Counted from the stretch's first letter, positions 1-8,752 are shown. The stretch: DNA of 14,718 nt from Elusimicrobiota bacterium (GCA_027340875.1 DAIENX010000061.1:1-14718); one strand, 5' to 3'. Made by a program: numbers and translations. Notes: generated from the sequence alone by a model not told the origin.

Positions 1-578
1 ACAATGCCCTGGCTGCCATAGCCGCGGCCGTCGCGGCCGGCATTCCGGCGGAAGAGGCAGCGGCGGCCGCCGGGCGCCTGCTCAATGTGCCTGGCAGGCT
101 GCAGCGCGTGGAGGAAGGACAGGATTTCACCGTTTTCGTGGATTACGCCCATACCGCGGCGGCCCTGCAGAGCGTTCTGGAAGGGCTGCGCCAGCTGCCG
201 CGCGGGCGCATCATCACCGTCTTCGGCTGCGGCGGGGACAGGGACCGCACCAAGCGCGCGCCGATGGGACGCGCCGTCTGCTCCCTGAGCGACCTGGCCA
301 TCATCACCAGCGACAACCCCAGGAGCGAGGACCCGCTGGCGATACTCGCGGAGATAGAGGAAGGGGTCGCCGGGGAATTCTCCAACTACCAGGTAGTGCC
401 GGACAGGGCGGAAGCCATCAGGCTGGCCGTCTCCCGCGCCTCTTCTGGCGACATCGTGCTCATAGCCGGCAAGGGACACGAGACCTACCAGATACTGAAG
501 GACCGGACCATACATTTCAGCGACGCCGAGACCGCGGCGGCGGTCATCAGGGCCAGGAGGAGCGCCAATGAAGCTTGA
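1..578 (+). CDS. murE: UDP-N-acetylmuramoyl-L-alanyl-D-glutamate--2,6-diaminopimelate ligase, 3' part (runs off the 5' window edge)
   Basis: Frame is open from position 3 (NALAAIAAA...VPGRLQRV). Motifs VDYAHT, VFGCGGDRDRTKR, TSDNPRSEDP (DNPR is the established meso-DAP specificity motif) and IAGKGHETYQ. Overlaps murF by 11 nt. Confidence 0.97.
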   Translation, partial: NALAAIAAAVAAGIPAEEAAAAAGRLLNVPGRLQRVEEGQDFTVFVDYAHTAAALQSVLEGLRQLPRGRIITVFGCGGDRDRTKRAPMGRAVCSLSDLAIITSDNPRSEDPLAILAEIEEGVAGEFSNYQVVPDRAEAIRLAVSRASSGDIVLIAGKGHETYQILKDRTIHFSDAETAAAVIRARRSANEA

Positions 579-1923
579 TATGACCCTCGGGGAACTCGCC
601 GCGGCCACGGGCGGCAGGCTCCTAAAGGGGGATCCCGGCGCCCCGTTCCACTCTTTCGTCACCGATACGCGGCAGCTGAAGTCCGGCGAATTCCTCTGGG
701 CCCTGAAAGGCGCCTCGTTCGACGCCCACGATTTCCTGCAGCATACCCTGGCGGTCGGTCCCTCCGGGTGGCTGGCCAGGGAGAGCGTGCTGGCGGACAT
801 GAAGGAGCTGCCGCGCGCCGCGGTAGGGGTGGCCGACACGCTTAAGGCGCTGCAGGACCTAGCCGCGGTCCACAGGAAGCGCTTCGACATCCCGCTGACC
901 GCCATAACCGGCTCCAACGGCAAGAGCACCACGAAGGAGATGCTCAAGAGCATCTTCTCCGCCGCCGGCCTCACCTGCTCCAACCCCGGGAACCTCAACA
1001 ACCAGTTCGGCCTGCCGCTGTCGCTGCTGGAGCTGAGGCCGGAGCACCGCTACGGCGTGTTCGAGCTGGGCGCCTCGAAGAAGGGCGACATCGCGGAGAT
1101 CGGGCGTGTGGCCCGTCCCACCTGCGGGATAATCACGAACATCGGGCCCTCCCACCTGGCCTTCTTCGGCGACCTGGAAACCGTCTACGAGACGAAGACC
1201 GAGCTGGCCTGGTGCCTCGCCGAAGGCGGCACGCTCGTATACAACGCCGACGACAGGTACCTGGAGCGCCTCAACGCGAGGAAGGACCTTAAGAGGCTCA
1301 CCTTCGGCAGGTCCGAGGACGCGGACCTGCGCATCCTGGAGGAGGTAAAACTGCGCATCGAGTACCGCGGAGAGATCTTCTCTATAGATCTGCCGCACGC
1401 CTGCGGCCACAACTACCACAACGCCGCGGCGGCGGCCGCAGCCGCGCTGTCCAGCGGGCTGGACTTCCCGACGATAAAGAAAGGACTGGAGAGCTTCCAG
1501 CCGCCGCCGATGCGGATGCAGCAGTTCCGGGTAGGGAAAGCGCTGGTCATACTGGACGCCTACAACTCCAACCCGCAGTCCGCGGCCTCGGCGCTGAAGC
1601 ACGTCTTCGGCCTGCCCAGGCCGCTCTACTTCATGAGGGGGGACATGAAGGAGCTCGGCGCCCACTCCGAGCATTACCACCGCGACCTGGGCGCCGCTCT
1701 GGCGCATACCGGAGCGGAGCGGGTCTTTCTCGCCGGACCGGAGATGAAGCCGGCCGTGGAGACCTACCTGGCGGCGGGGGGGAAAACGGCGGTATACGGC
1801 GAGACGCTCGACGCCTGGCTGCAGGAGGCCCGCGATCTCATAAAGACCGGCAAGGGGACTTTCCTTATAAAGGCTTCGCGCTCGATGAAGTTCGAGCGCA
1901 TCGTGGAAGGATTGCTGCCCTAG
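568..1923 (+). CDS. murF: UDP-N-acetylmuramoyl-tripeptide--D-alanyl-D-alanine ligase
   Basis: 451 aa. Motifs TDTR, FDAHDF, P-loop ITGSNGKSTTKEM, GNLNNQFGLP, DAYNSNP, GDMKELG, KASRSMKFE. SD AGGAGG at 555-560. Follows murE. Confidence 0.97.
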   Translation: MKLDMTLGELAAATGGRLLKGDPGAPFHSFVTDTRQLKSGEFLWALKGASFDAHDFLQHTLAVGPSGWLARESVLADMKELPRAAVGVADTLKALQDLAAVHRKRFDIPLTAITGSNGKSTTKEMLKSIFSAAGLTCSNPGNLNNQFGLPLSLLELRPEHRYGVFELGASKKGDIAEIGRVARPTCGIITNIGPSHLAFFGDLETVYETKTELAWCLAEGGTLVYNADDRYLERLNARKDLKRLTFGRSEDADLRILEEVKLRIEYRGEIFSIDLPHACGHNYHNAAAAAAAALSSGLDFPTIKKGLESFQPPPMRMQQFRVGKALVILDAYNSNPQSAASALKHVFGLPRPLYFMRGDMKELGAHSEHYHRDLGAALAHTGAERVFLAGPEMKPAVETYLAAGGKTAVYGETLDAWLQEARDLIKTGKGTFLIKASRSMKFERIVEGLLP

Positions 1924-1926
1924 AGT

Positions 1927-1950
1927 ATGGCGGGGAACTACGCCCGCCGT
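1927..1950. terminator. Small GC hairpin between the convergent murF and M28 peptidase stops
   Basis: GGCGGG (1929-1934) pairs with CCCGCC (1943-1948), 8-nt loop. No U-tract, so support is weak. Confidence 0.3.
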
Positions 1951-1955
1951 CGGCC

Positions 1956-3506
1956 TCAAAGCTGCGTCAGCACCGCCGCGACCGCCTTTTCCACCTCGGC
2001 CATCCTCCCGTAATCGAGCTTCTCCGGAGTATCCTCCGCCTGGTGATAGTACGGGTTCCTGAAATAGGCGGTATCGGAGATCATCAGCGCCTTCTCTCCG
2101 GAGAACCAGAAGTTCAAATGATCGGAGATGAACAGCGCCGAAAGCACCGAGGGCAGGAACACTCCCTCCACCGGCAGCGGCGTGGCCTTCCGCCACACCT
2201 TCTCCACGTCCAGCATCAACCCCAGGCTCGACAGGTTCGATGAGATGGACACGAAATTCCCCCTGTCGGGGTGAAAGAAGCCCAGGAAAGGCGGGAAGAC
2301 CTGCGAGCCCGGCGCGTCGTTGTAGTAGCCCAGCATCTCCAGGTTCAGCAGCCCGCGCAACCTGGCTCCGCTCTCCTTCAGATATCTCATGTACCTGTAG
2401 CTTCCCATATCGCGGGTGGTGAACGAGGGCGGCTCCTCGGTACCGAAGGCGACGAAGCGCACCCCCCGCGCGGGCGCGGCGGAGCGCAGCCGGCGCGCCG
2501 TCTCCAGCAGTATGGCCACCGCGCTGGTGTTGTCGTCGGCGCCGGGTGTTCCCGGCGCGGTATCATAGTGGGCCGAGACCACCCATTCCGCGGCGGCCGG
2601 ATCGGTACCCAGCAGGACCGCCTCGACGTTGAAGTAAGGGCGGACCCGGCCGGCGGCGTTCTTCCTCCCGCCCCGATATTCCAGCACTCTTGGCTCGTAG
2701 CCCGCCTCGCGCAGGCGCGAGACTATATAGTCCCTGGCCCTGTCCTGCTCGTCGGCCTGATAGGCCGACCTCTCCCCGATATCCCCGGCCAGGGCGTATA
2801 CATGCGCGCGCAGGCGCGCCGCCTCCGGGGAAAGCTCCGCGGGCGGCGCCACCGGGAAGCCCGGGCTCTTCGCCAGCAGCAGCCTGTGCCTGGCGGACGG
2901 GTCCACCATCAGGCGCACCGGCCTGACGACCAGCAGCCCCAGCGCGGCGAATACCGCCAGCGCCGCCGCCGGCCGCCGTCCGGACCAGGCGCCGCCGCCC
3001 GGCCGCCGCCGGGACAGAGTTTCGGCGAGCTTCCCGCCCGAGAGCAGCGCCGAACCCAGCATGGCGAGGTCCAGCGAGATCATGGCCGGATATGGCCCGG
3101 CATGGCGTATGCCGATCGCGGCGAAGATGCCGATAGCCGAAAGGAGGAAGTAAGGCCGGCCGCGGCCCAGCCACAACAGGAGGGCCAGGATGGAGAAGAT
3201 GATGTCCAGCAGCCAGAAGGTATAGCCTAACCCGAACAGCAGAAGGTAAAGGCCCCACAGGGCGCAGGCCATGCCGGCAATGCGCGAGCGTAACGGGTCC
3301 CAGAAAACGGCGCCGGGACGGCGGGAATGGACGAGGAAGATCAGCGCCGAAGCTGCGGCGGCGTACCCGGCGCGGGAGGCAAGACCCGGAGGCCCGTAGA
3401 GGAGCCGGGGATAGAGCGCCGCGGCCGCGAGGTTCGCGGCCGCCAGAAGCGAGATCCCGGCCGAGAGCGGATCCTTCAGAACAGGGACCGATAGCTTGCT
3501 GTCCAT
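1956..3506 (-). CDS. M28-family metallopeptidase with an N-terminal multi-pass membrane region
   Basis: 516 aa. C-terminal ~290 aa has M28 motifs SAHYDT, GADDNTSA, GTEEPP, NLEMLGYY, SDH and YYHQAEDT. N-terminal ~200 aa has several hydrophobic helices. Confidence 0.9.
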   Translation of the reverse strand: MDSKLSVPVLKDPLSAGISLLAAANLAAAALYPRLLYGPPGLASRAGYAAAASALIFLVHSRRPGAVFWDPLRSRIAGMACALWGLYLLLFGLGYTFWLLDIIFSILALLLWLGRGRPYFLLSAIGIFAAIGIRHAGPYPAMISLDLAMLGSALLSGGKLAETLSRRRPGGGAWSGRRPAAALAVFAALGLLVVRPVRLMVDPSARHRLLLAKSPGFPVAPPAELSPEAARLRAHVYALAGDIGERSAYQADEQDRARDYIVSRLREAGYEPRVLEYRGGRKNAAGRVRPYFNVEAVLLGTDPAAAEWVVSAHYDTAPGTPGADDNTSAVAILLETARRLRSAAPARGVRFVAFGTEEPPSFTTRDMGSYRYMRYLKESGARLRGLLNLEMLGYYNDAPGSQVFPPFLGFFHPDRGNFVSISSNLSSLGLMLDVEKVWRKATPLPVEGVFLPSVLSALFISDHLNFWFSGEKALMISDTAYFRNPYYHQAEDTPEKLDYGRMAEVEKAVAAVLTQL

Positions 3507-3895
3507 CGGGGGATATTATACAGAATAGCCCTGCGGCGCGAGCCGGTCCAATCCGCCTGCGGCGGCAGCGGCTCCTGCGTCGAAGAGAAAGGGTTGAAAG
3601 GAGACGCCGTCACGATGCGGCCCATCTCCACGGCCACGGCGACCCTGGCGGTTGAGCCTGCGGCTTCCATCTCGTTGACGTCCTTGATGGCCTCCAGGCC
3701 CAGGTTGTTGCGCGCGCTCACGTAGATCAGTACGGTCCAGTCCCTGGAAGGGCGGGAGTCCGGCGCGGGGACAGGAACTTCAGCGGACGCGAGCCCGGGG
3801 ACGGAGAGACCCTCCAGTTCCCAGGCGCGAACGCTCGCGCCGCCTGACGCTAGTATAACGGCAAAGAGGATGCAGATACGGATACTCTGCTTCAC
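3476..3895 (-). pseudogene. Truncated clostripain (peptidase C11)-like secreted protein, N-terminal fragment only
   Basis: Probable GTG start at 3895, then a signal peptide (MKQSIRICILFAVILASGGASVRA). WTVLIYVSARNNL...KDVNEMEAAGS...VAVEMGR...DWTGSRR matches the clostripain-family N-terminus. Similarity stops at ~3533, and the frame then runs through the M28 promoter to TGA at 3476. No catalytic His/Cys region. Confidence 0.8.
3515..3520 (-). promoter_or_regulatory. -10 element TATAAT of the M28 peptidase gene (probably leaderless)
   Basis: Minus strand reads ctgTATAATatcccccgATG: perfect -10, 8 nt before the ATG, no SD. No convincing -35. Confidence 0.65.
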
Positions 3896-3901
3896 GAAGA
3901 G

Positions 3902-3930
3902 AGGATACAATTTGGCGACCGGAGTTTCAC
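3902..3930 (-). promoter_or_regulatory. Sigma70-type promoter of the clostripain-like gene (probably leaderless)
   Basis: GTGAAA-N17-TATCCT-N6-GTG on the minus strand, no SD. Confidence 0.5.
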
Positions 3931-3953
3931 GGGCACAACGGGGAATTATCGGG

Positions 3954-3969
3954 TAGGTCAAAAGACCTA
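3954..3969. promoter_or_regulatory. Perfect inverted repeat TAGGTC-AAAA-GACCTA, candidate operator
   Basis: 6+4+6 palindrome in the AT-rich divergent intergenic region. It occupies the -35 position of the mraY-side -10. Confidence 0.55.
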
Positions 3970-3976
3970 AAAATTA

Positions 3977-3982
3977 TAGAAT
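3977..3982 (+). promoter_or_regulatory. -10 element TAGAAT upstream of mraY
   Basis: Lies in an AT-rich island (3960-3994), 43 nt before the mraY ATG. SD-like GGGAG at 4018-4022. Confidence 0.5.
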
Positions 3983-4025
3983 ATAGATATCATTCGGGCA
4001 TGTTGCCGATGCCGGACGGGAGATT

Positions 4026-5111
4026 ATGCTCTACTACGCGTACCAGTTAAGGGACTTCTTCAGCCCTCTGAACGTTTTCCAGTACATCACTTTCCGCGCC
4101 GGCGGCGCGGTGATCACCTCGTTCCTGCTGAGCCTCGCGATAGGCCCATGGCTCATCGCCAAGCTGAGGACATACAAGATAGGACAGGTACAGCGCACGG
4201 ACGGTCCGAAGAGCCATCTTTCGAAGCAGGGGACTACCACGATGGGAGGCCTGCTGATCTTCCTGACCCTCGTGGTGACCACCTGCCTCTGGGCCCGCAT
4301 GGACAACCGCTTCATCCTGCTGCTCCTTTTCACCACCGTCGTGCTCGCCTTCGCCGGCTGGATGGACGACTACACCAAGCTGGTGAAGAAGAACCCCAAG
4401 GGAGCTTCCTCCGCTTTCAAGTTCGCGCTGCAGATGTTCACCGCCGTTGGCGTGGTCGGCTACCTCGCGGCGTATCCGCCGAACCCGCAGTACGCGGACT
4501 GGATCTCCATCCCGTACACGAAGGAGCTCTACCTGAACCTGGGCTTCCTGTACGCGGCGCTGGCCATGATAGTGATAATCGGCTCCTCCAACGCGGTCAA
4601 CCTGACCGACGGCCTGGACGGCCTGGCCGCCGGCTCCATAGTCTTCACGGCGCTGACCTTCGCTATCCTCGCCTATTCGGCCGGCAACGTCAAGATCGCC
4701 TCCTACCTGAAGATCATCTATGTGGACGGCGCCGGAGAGATGACCGTGTTCCTGGCCGCGCTGATAGGCTCCTGCCTGGGCTTCCTCTGGTTCAACGCCT
4801 ACCCCGCGGAAGTGTTCATGGGCGACACCAGTTCGCTGTTCCTCGGCGGCGCCATAGGCACCGCGGCCATCGCGACCAAGCAGGAGCTGCTGCTGCCGGT
4901 GGCCGGCGGCATCTTCCTGATAGAGACTCTTTCCGTTATACTGCAGATGGGCTCGTACAAGCTGCGCGACAAGAAGCGGCTGTTCCTGATGGCCCCGATA
5001 CACCATCATTTCGAGCTCAAGGGGATAGCGGAGTCCAAGGTGACGGTGCGCTTCTGGATAGCGGGCATCATGCTGATGCTGATAGCCCTGTCCTCGCTGA
5101 AGATACGCTGA
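4026..5111 (+). CDS. mraY: Phospho-N-acetylmuramoyl-pentapeptide transferase
   Basis: 361 aa polytopic membrane protein. Motifs FQYITFRA, GPKSHLSKQGT-TMGG, DDYTK, SNAVNLTDGLDGLA, FMGD and MAPIHHHFE. Confidence 0.98.
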   Translation: MLYYAYQLRDFFSPLNVFQYITFRAGGAVITSFLLSLAIGPWLIAKLRTYKIGQVQRTDGPKSHLSKQGTTTMGGLLIFLTLVVTTCLWARMDNRFILLLLFTTVVLAFAGWMDDYTKLVKKNPKGASSAFKFALQMFTAVGVVGYLAAYPPNPQYADWISIPYTKELYLNLGFLYAALAMIVIIGSSNAVNLTDGLDGLAAGSIVFTALTFAILAYSAGNVKIASYLKIIYVDGAGEMTVFLAALIGSCLGFLWFNAYPAEVFMGDTSSLFLGGAIGTAAIATKQELLLPVAGGIFLIETLSVILQMGSYKLRDKKRLFLMAPIHHHFELKGIAESKVTVRFWIAGIMLMLIALSSLKIR

Positions 5112-5112
5112 C

Positions 5113-6480
5113 ATGTTCGATCCCGGTGAATTCGGAGGGGGAAAGGCCCTGGTCATAGGGGCAGGCAAGTCCGGCATAGCCTGCGCCAACCTGCTGACCG
5201 CGCGCGGCTTCGACGTGCTGCTCACCGAGGAAAAGAAAGCGACCGAGGTAAGGGACCGCCTGAAAGCCCTTTCCCGCAGGGTGAAGGTGGAGACGGGGGG
5301 GCACGGCAAGGGCGCGTTAGCCTGCGCCTTCGCCGTGAAGAGCCCCGGCATGTCCCACTCCAACCCTCTCATAAAGGCGCTGAAGAAGAAACGCATACCG
5401 GTCTTCAGCGAGATAGAGATAGCGCTGGCTTACTCCCGCGCGCGGAAGTTCCTGGCCGTGACCGGCACCAACGGGAAGACCACTACGACCGTCCTGCTGG
5501 GCGAACTGATGAAGGCCGCACTGCGCCCGCGCGGCCGTGCCGTGGTCTGCGGCAACGTCGGAGTGCCCGCCGCGCTGGCCGCCCCGAAAGCGCGCCCCTC
5601 CGACGCCGTGATAATGGAGGTCTCCAGCTATCAGCTGGAAGACAGCTCGGGGATAAAGCCGGACGCGGCCTGCGTCCTCAACATAACCCCGGACCACCTG
5701 GACCACCACGGTGGGATGGCCGCCTATGTCAGGGCCAAGGAGAAGGTGTTCAGGCTGCAGGGTCCCGACGACTGCTGCGTCTTCAACTACGAGGACGCCT
5801 ACTGCCGCGGACTGGCCAGGACCTGCCCGTCGCAGGCGCTGTTCTTCTCTTCGGCGCGCCGCGGCGGCAGGCTGAACGCCTGGACTGAAGGGGGGAAGCT
5901 CTTCTTCCGGAGCGGCGGGCTGAAGTTCTCCGTCGCCCCGCCGGCCCTGCCCGGAGCCCATAACCTGGAGAACGCCATGTGCGCCGGCCTGATGGCGCTT
6001 CACTGCGGGGCCCGCCCCGCCCACCTCCGCAGGGGCTTCGCCGCCTTCCGCGGCGTGGAGCACCGCATAGAGCGCGCCGGAGCCGCGCGCGGCATAGTCT
6101 TCTACAACGATTCAAAGGCGACGAACGTCGATTCCACTCTGGTCGCGCTCCGGGCGCTGGGCGGCAGGCGCAACATCTGGCTTATTCTCGGCGGCCTCGG
6201 GAAGGGAACTCCCTACTCGCCGCTGAAGCCGCTGATACGCAGCAGCGTAAAGGGTATCCTCACGATAGGCAAGGACGCCCCCGCCATCGAAGCCCAGCTG
6301 GCCGGCAGCGCGCCGCTGATAACGGCCCAGACCATGCAGAACGCCTGCCGGGAGATACTGGAGCTCGGCGAGAAGGGGGACATAGCCCTGTTCTCGCCCG
6401 CCTGCGCCTCTTTCGACCAGTTCCGCGACTTCGAGGACAGGGGCCGCAGTTTCAAGGATTTCGTCGGCACGCTGAAATAG
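5113..6480 (+). CDS. murD: UDP-N-acetylmuramoyl-L-alanine--D-glutamate ligase
   Basis: 455 aa. Motifs GAGKSG, SPG, VTGTNGKTTT, EVSSYQLE, LNITPDHLDHH, NDSKATN and SPACASFDQF. Starts 1 nt after the mraY stop. Confidence 0.98.
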   Translation: MFDPGEFGGGKALVIGAGKSGIACANLLTARGFDVLLTEEKKATEVRDRLKALSRRVKVETGGHGKGALACAFAVKSPGMSHSNPLIKALKKKRIPVFSEIEIALAYSRARKFLAVTGTNGKTTTTVLLGELMKAALRPRGRAVVCGNVGVPAALAAPKARPSDAVIMEVSSYQLEDSSGIKPDAACVLNITPDHLDHHGGMAAYVRAKEKVFRLQGPDDCCVFNYEDAYCRGLARTCPSQALFFSSARRGGRLNAWTEGGKLFFRSGGLKFSVAPPALPGAHNLENAMCAGLMALHCGARPAHLRRGFAAFRGVEHRIERAGAARGIVFYNDSKATNVDSTLVALRALGGRRNIWLILGGLGKGTPYSPLKPLIRSSVKGILTIGKDAPAIEAQLAGSAPLITAQTMQNACREILELGEKGDIALFSPACASFDQFRDFEDRGRSFKDFVGTLK

Positions 6481-6485
6481 ACAAG

Positions 6486-7634
6486 ATGGATTACGCCTCC
6501 CGAAGGAAGAAGCCGGACTACAACGTCATCCACAACCGCAGCCTGCGGTTCGTGGACTACCGGGTATTCTTCATCGTGGTCATCCTGCTGATGCTGGGCC
6601 TGGTCTCTCTCTTCTCGGCCAGCTCGCTCTACGCGGTGAACAAGGGGCTCGGCTCGCTGTTCTACCTGAAGAAGCAGGCCCTGTACATGCTGCTGGGGTT
6701 CGGCCTGATGGCGGCCGCGGCCAAGGCGGACCTGGAGAGGATACGCCCCTTCATAAAGCCGGTCTTCCTGGTTACGCTGGCGCTGCTGGGGGTCACGCTG
6801 CTGATGCCCCGCGTCGCCGGAGTGCACCGGTGGATACCGCTGGGCTTCATGAAGCTGCAGACCAGCGAGTTCGCAAAGGTGGTACTGGTGCTCTACCTGG
6901 CCGACTTTTTCGACCACAACGCCAGCAAGGCCCTGGCGGACTGGCGCGAGCTGCTGCGCCCCTTCATCGCCTCAATGGTCATGCTGGCCCTGATAGCGGC
7001 CGAGCCGGACCTCGGCACGCCCACCCTTCTCTTCGCCGTGATGCTTGGCCTCTTCTTCGCGGCAGGGGTGCGGCTGCGCTACCTGCTGGCGCCGGTCGGA
7101 GCCGGCGCGCTGGTCTTCGTCGAGGAACTGATCCGCAAGCCCTACCGCATCGCGCGCCTCAAGAACTTCCTCTCGCCCTGGTCCGACGCCTCGGGCACAG
7201 GCTATCAGCTGGTGCAATCGCTGCTGGCGGTCGGCTCCGGAGGCTGGTTCGGCAAGGGGCTGGGAGCCTCCAAGCTGAAGCTGATGTACATACCGGAACC
7301 GCATACCGACTTCATCTTCCCGGTGATAGCCGAGGAAATGGGCCTTGTCGGCGGACTGCTGATCACAGGGCTTTTCGCGGCCCTGCTGCTCCGGGGAGCC
7401 AGGATAGCGCGCGGAGCCCCGAGTCAGTTCACCGCCCTCGCCGCGCTGGGGTTCACGCTCACGATAACCCTGCAGGCCTTCTTCAACCTCTCCATGGCCA
7501 TAGGCCTCATACCCACCAAGGGCATCCCGCTGCCTTTCTTCTCGTACGGCGGGTCCTCCATACTTTCCTCGCTGGTCATGGTCGGTTTCATACTAAACGT
7601 CTCGGGGCACAGGAGTTCGACGTCAGGATGGTAG
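6486..7634 (+). CDS. ftsW: SEDS-family peptidoglycan polymerase FtsW
   Basis: Start corrected to ATG 6486 (382 aa). Motifs RWIPLG, QTSEFAK, EPDLGT, GYQLVQS, PEPHTDFIF and KGIPLPFFSYGGSS. Lies between murD and murG. Confidence 0.95.
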   Translation: MDYASRRKKPDYNVIHNRSLRFVDYRVFFIVVILLMLGLVSLFSASSLYAVNKGLGSLFYLKKQALYMLLGFGLMAAAAKADLERIRPFIKPVFLVTLALLGVTLLMPRVAGVHRWIPLGFMKLQTSEFAKVVLVLYLADFFDHNASKALADWRELLRPFIASMVMLALIAAEPDLGTPTLLFAVMLGLFFAAGVRLRYLLAPVGAGALVFVEELIRKPYRIARLKNFLSPWSDASGTGYQLVQSLLAVGSGGWFGKGLGASKLKLMYIPEPHTDFIFPVIAEEMGLVGGLLITGLFAALLLRGARIARGAPSQFTALAALGFTLTITLQAFFNLSMAIGLIPTKGIPLPFFSYGGSSILSSLVMVGFILNVSGHRSSTSGW

Positions 7635-8752
7635 AGAACAAACGCGTCATCATCGCCTCCGGCGGGACCGGCGGCCACTTCTATCCCGGCTTCGCGCTGG
7701 CGGTAGAACTGCGCTCGCGCGGCTGGCAGGTGCTTTTCCTGGTCAAGAAGGACGATATCGCCAGGCCGGCCCTCGATGAGACCGACTTCCCCTACGCCGA
7801 ACTCGACATGACCGCGCTGCCGCGTTCGCTCAACCCGCTGGCGCACGCCTCGTTCCTGGTCAAATTACTGCGCTCTCTGACGCTGGCCATGCGCGCGGCG
7901 GAAGACTTCGCCCCGGCCGCCGTGTTCGGGACAGGCAGCTACGTGGCTTTCCCGGCGGCCCTGGCCGCCAGGCTGAAAGGGATACCGGTCTTCATCCACG
8001 AGTCCAACGCGAAGCTGGGCCTGGGCAACAGGCTGGCCGGCTCCTTCTGCCGCAAGGTCGCGCTGGGCCTGCCGTCTTCCGACAACCCCTTCGCGGGCAG
8101 GACGGTCCTTTCCGGCACGCCCATCCGCGCGGACTTCGGAGACGCCCGCAACGCGGCCGGCGCCCGCAAGGCGCTGGGCCTGGAGCCGGGCCGCTTCACG
8201 GCGCTGGTCTTCGGCGGCAGCCAGGGCGCCAGACGCCTCAACGCCGCCTTCATCTCCGCGGCCCGCCAGCTGCGGAGCGACGTGCAGGCCATACACCTCA
8301 CCGGGCGCAGGAACTTCTCCGAGGTGAAGGCCGCCTACGCCGCCGCCGGCATGGAGAGCTGGAACGGCCTGCGGCTCTTCGACTACCGCGAGGACATGCC
8401 CGCCCTGTACGCCGCGGCGGACCTGGTCATCTCCCGTTCCGGAGCCAGCACGGTGGCGGAGCTGGTACAGCTGGAAAAACCGTCCATACTGGTGCCGCTG
8501 CCTTCCTCGGCCGGCGGGCACCAGAAGGCCAATGCGCTGGTGCTCTCCTCCGCCGGCGCGGCCGTCCGCGTGGATGAAGGGGACGATTTCGACGCGCGGC
8601 TGACCGCCGCGATACGCAATTTCATCGGGAACCCGGCGAATATCCGGGAGATGAAGGACTCTTTCGCGCGGGCGGGAGTACCGAAGGGCCTTGGCGCCGC
8701 CGCGGCCCTGGCGGACCTGCTCGAGAGCGAGACCATACGGAGGCGGACATGA
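7628..8752 (+). CDS. murG: Undecaprenyl-PP-MurNAc-pentapeptide GlcNAc transferase
   Basis: Start corrected to ATG 7628 (374 aa). Motifs GGTGGHFYP, HESN, GTPIR, FGGSQGA, SRSGASTVAE and HQKANA. Confidence 0.96.
   Translation: MVENKRVIIASGGTGGHFYPGFALAVELRSRGWQVLFLVKKDDIARPALDETDFPYAELDMTALPRSLNPLAHASFLVKLLRSLTLAMRAAEDFAPAAVFGTGSYVAFPAALAARLKGIPVFIHESNAKLGLGNRLAGSFCRKVALGLPSSDNPFAGRTVLSGTPIRADFGDARNAAGARKALGLEPGRFTALVFGGSQGARRLNAAFISAARQLRSDVQAIHLTGRRNFSEVKAAYAAAGMESWNGLRLFDYREDMPALYAAADLVISRSGASTVAELVQLEKPSILVPLPSSAGGHQKANALVLSSAGAAVRVDEGDDFDARLTAAIRNFIGNPANIREMKDSFARAGVPKGLGAAAALADLLESETIRRRT

Noticed and set aside
2941..3012. GCC-rich low-complexity tract
   Set aside because: It encodes the Ala/Gly/Arg linker of the M28 protein and is not a discrete repeat element.
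5979..7627. Long N-terminal extensions of ftsW (from 5979) and murG (from 6830) in the ORF track
   Set aside because: The extensions are Arg/Pro/Gly-rich off-frame readings of murD and ftsW. Family similarity begins at 6486 and 7628.
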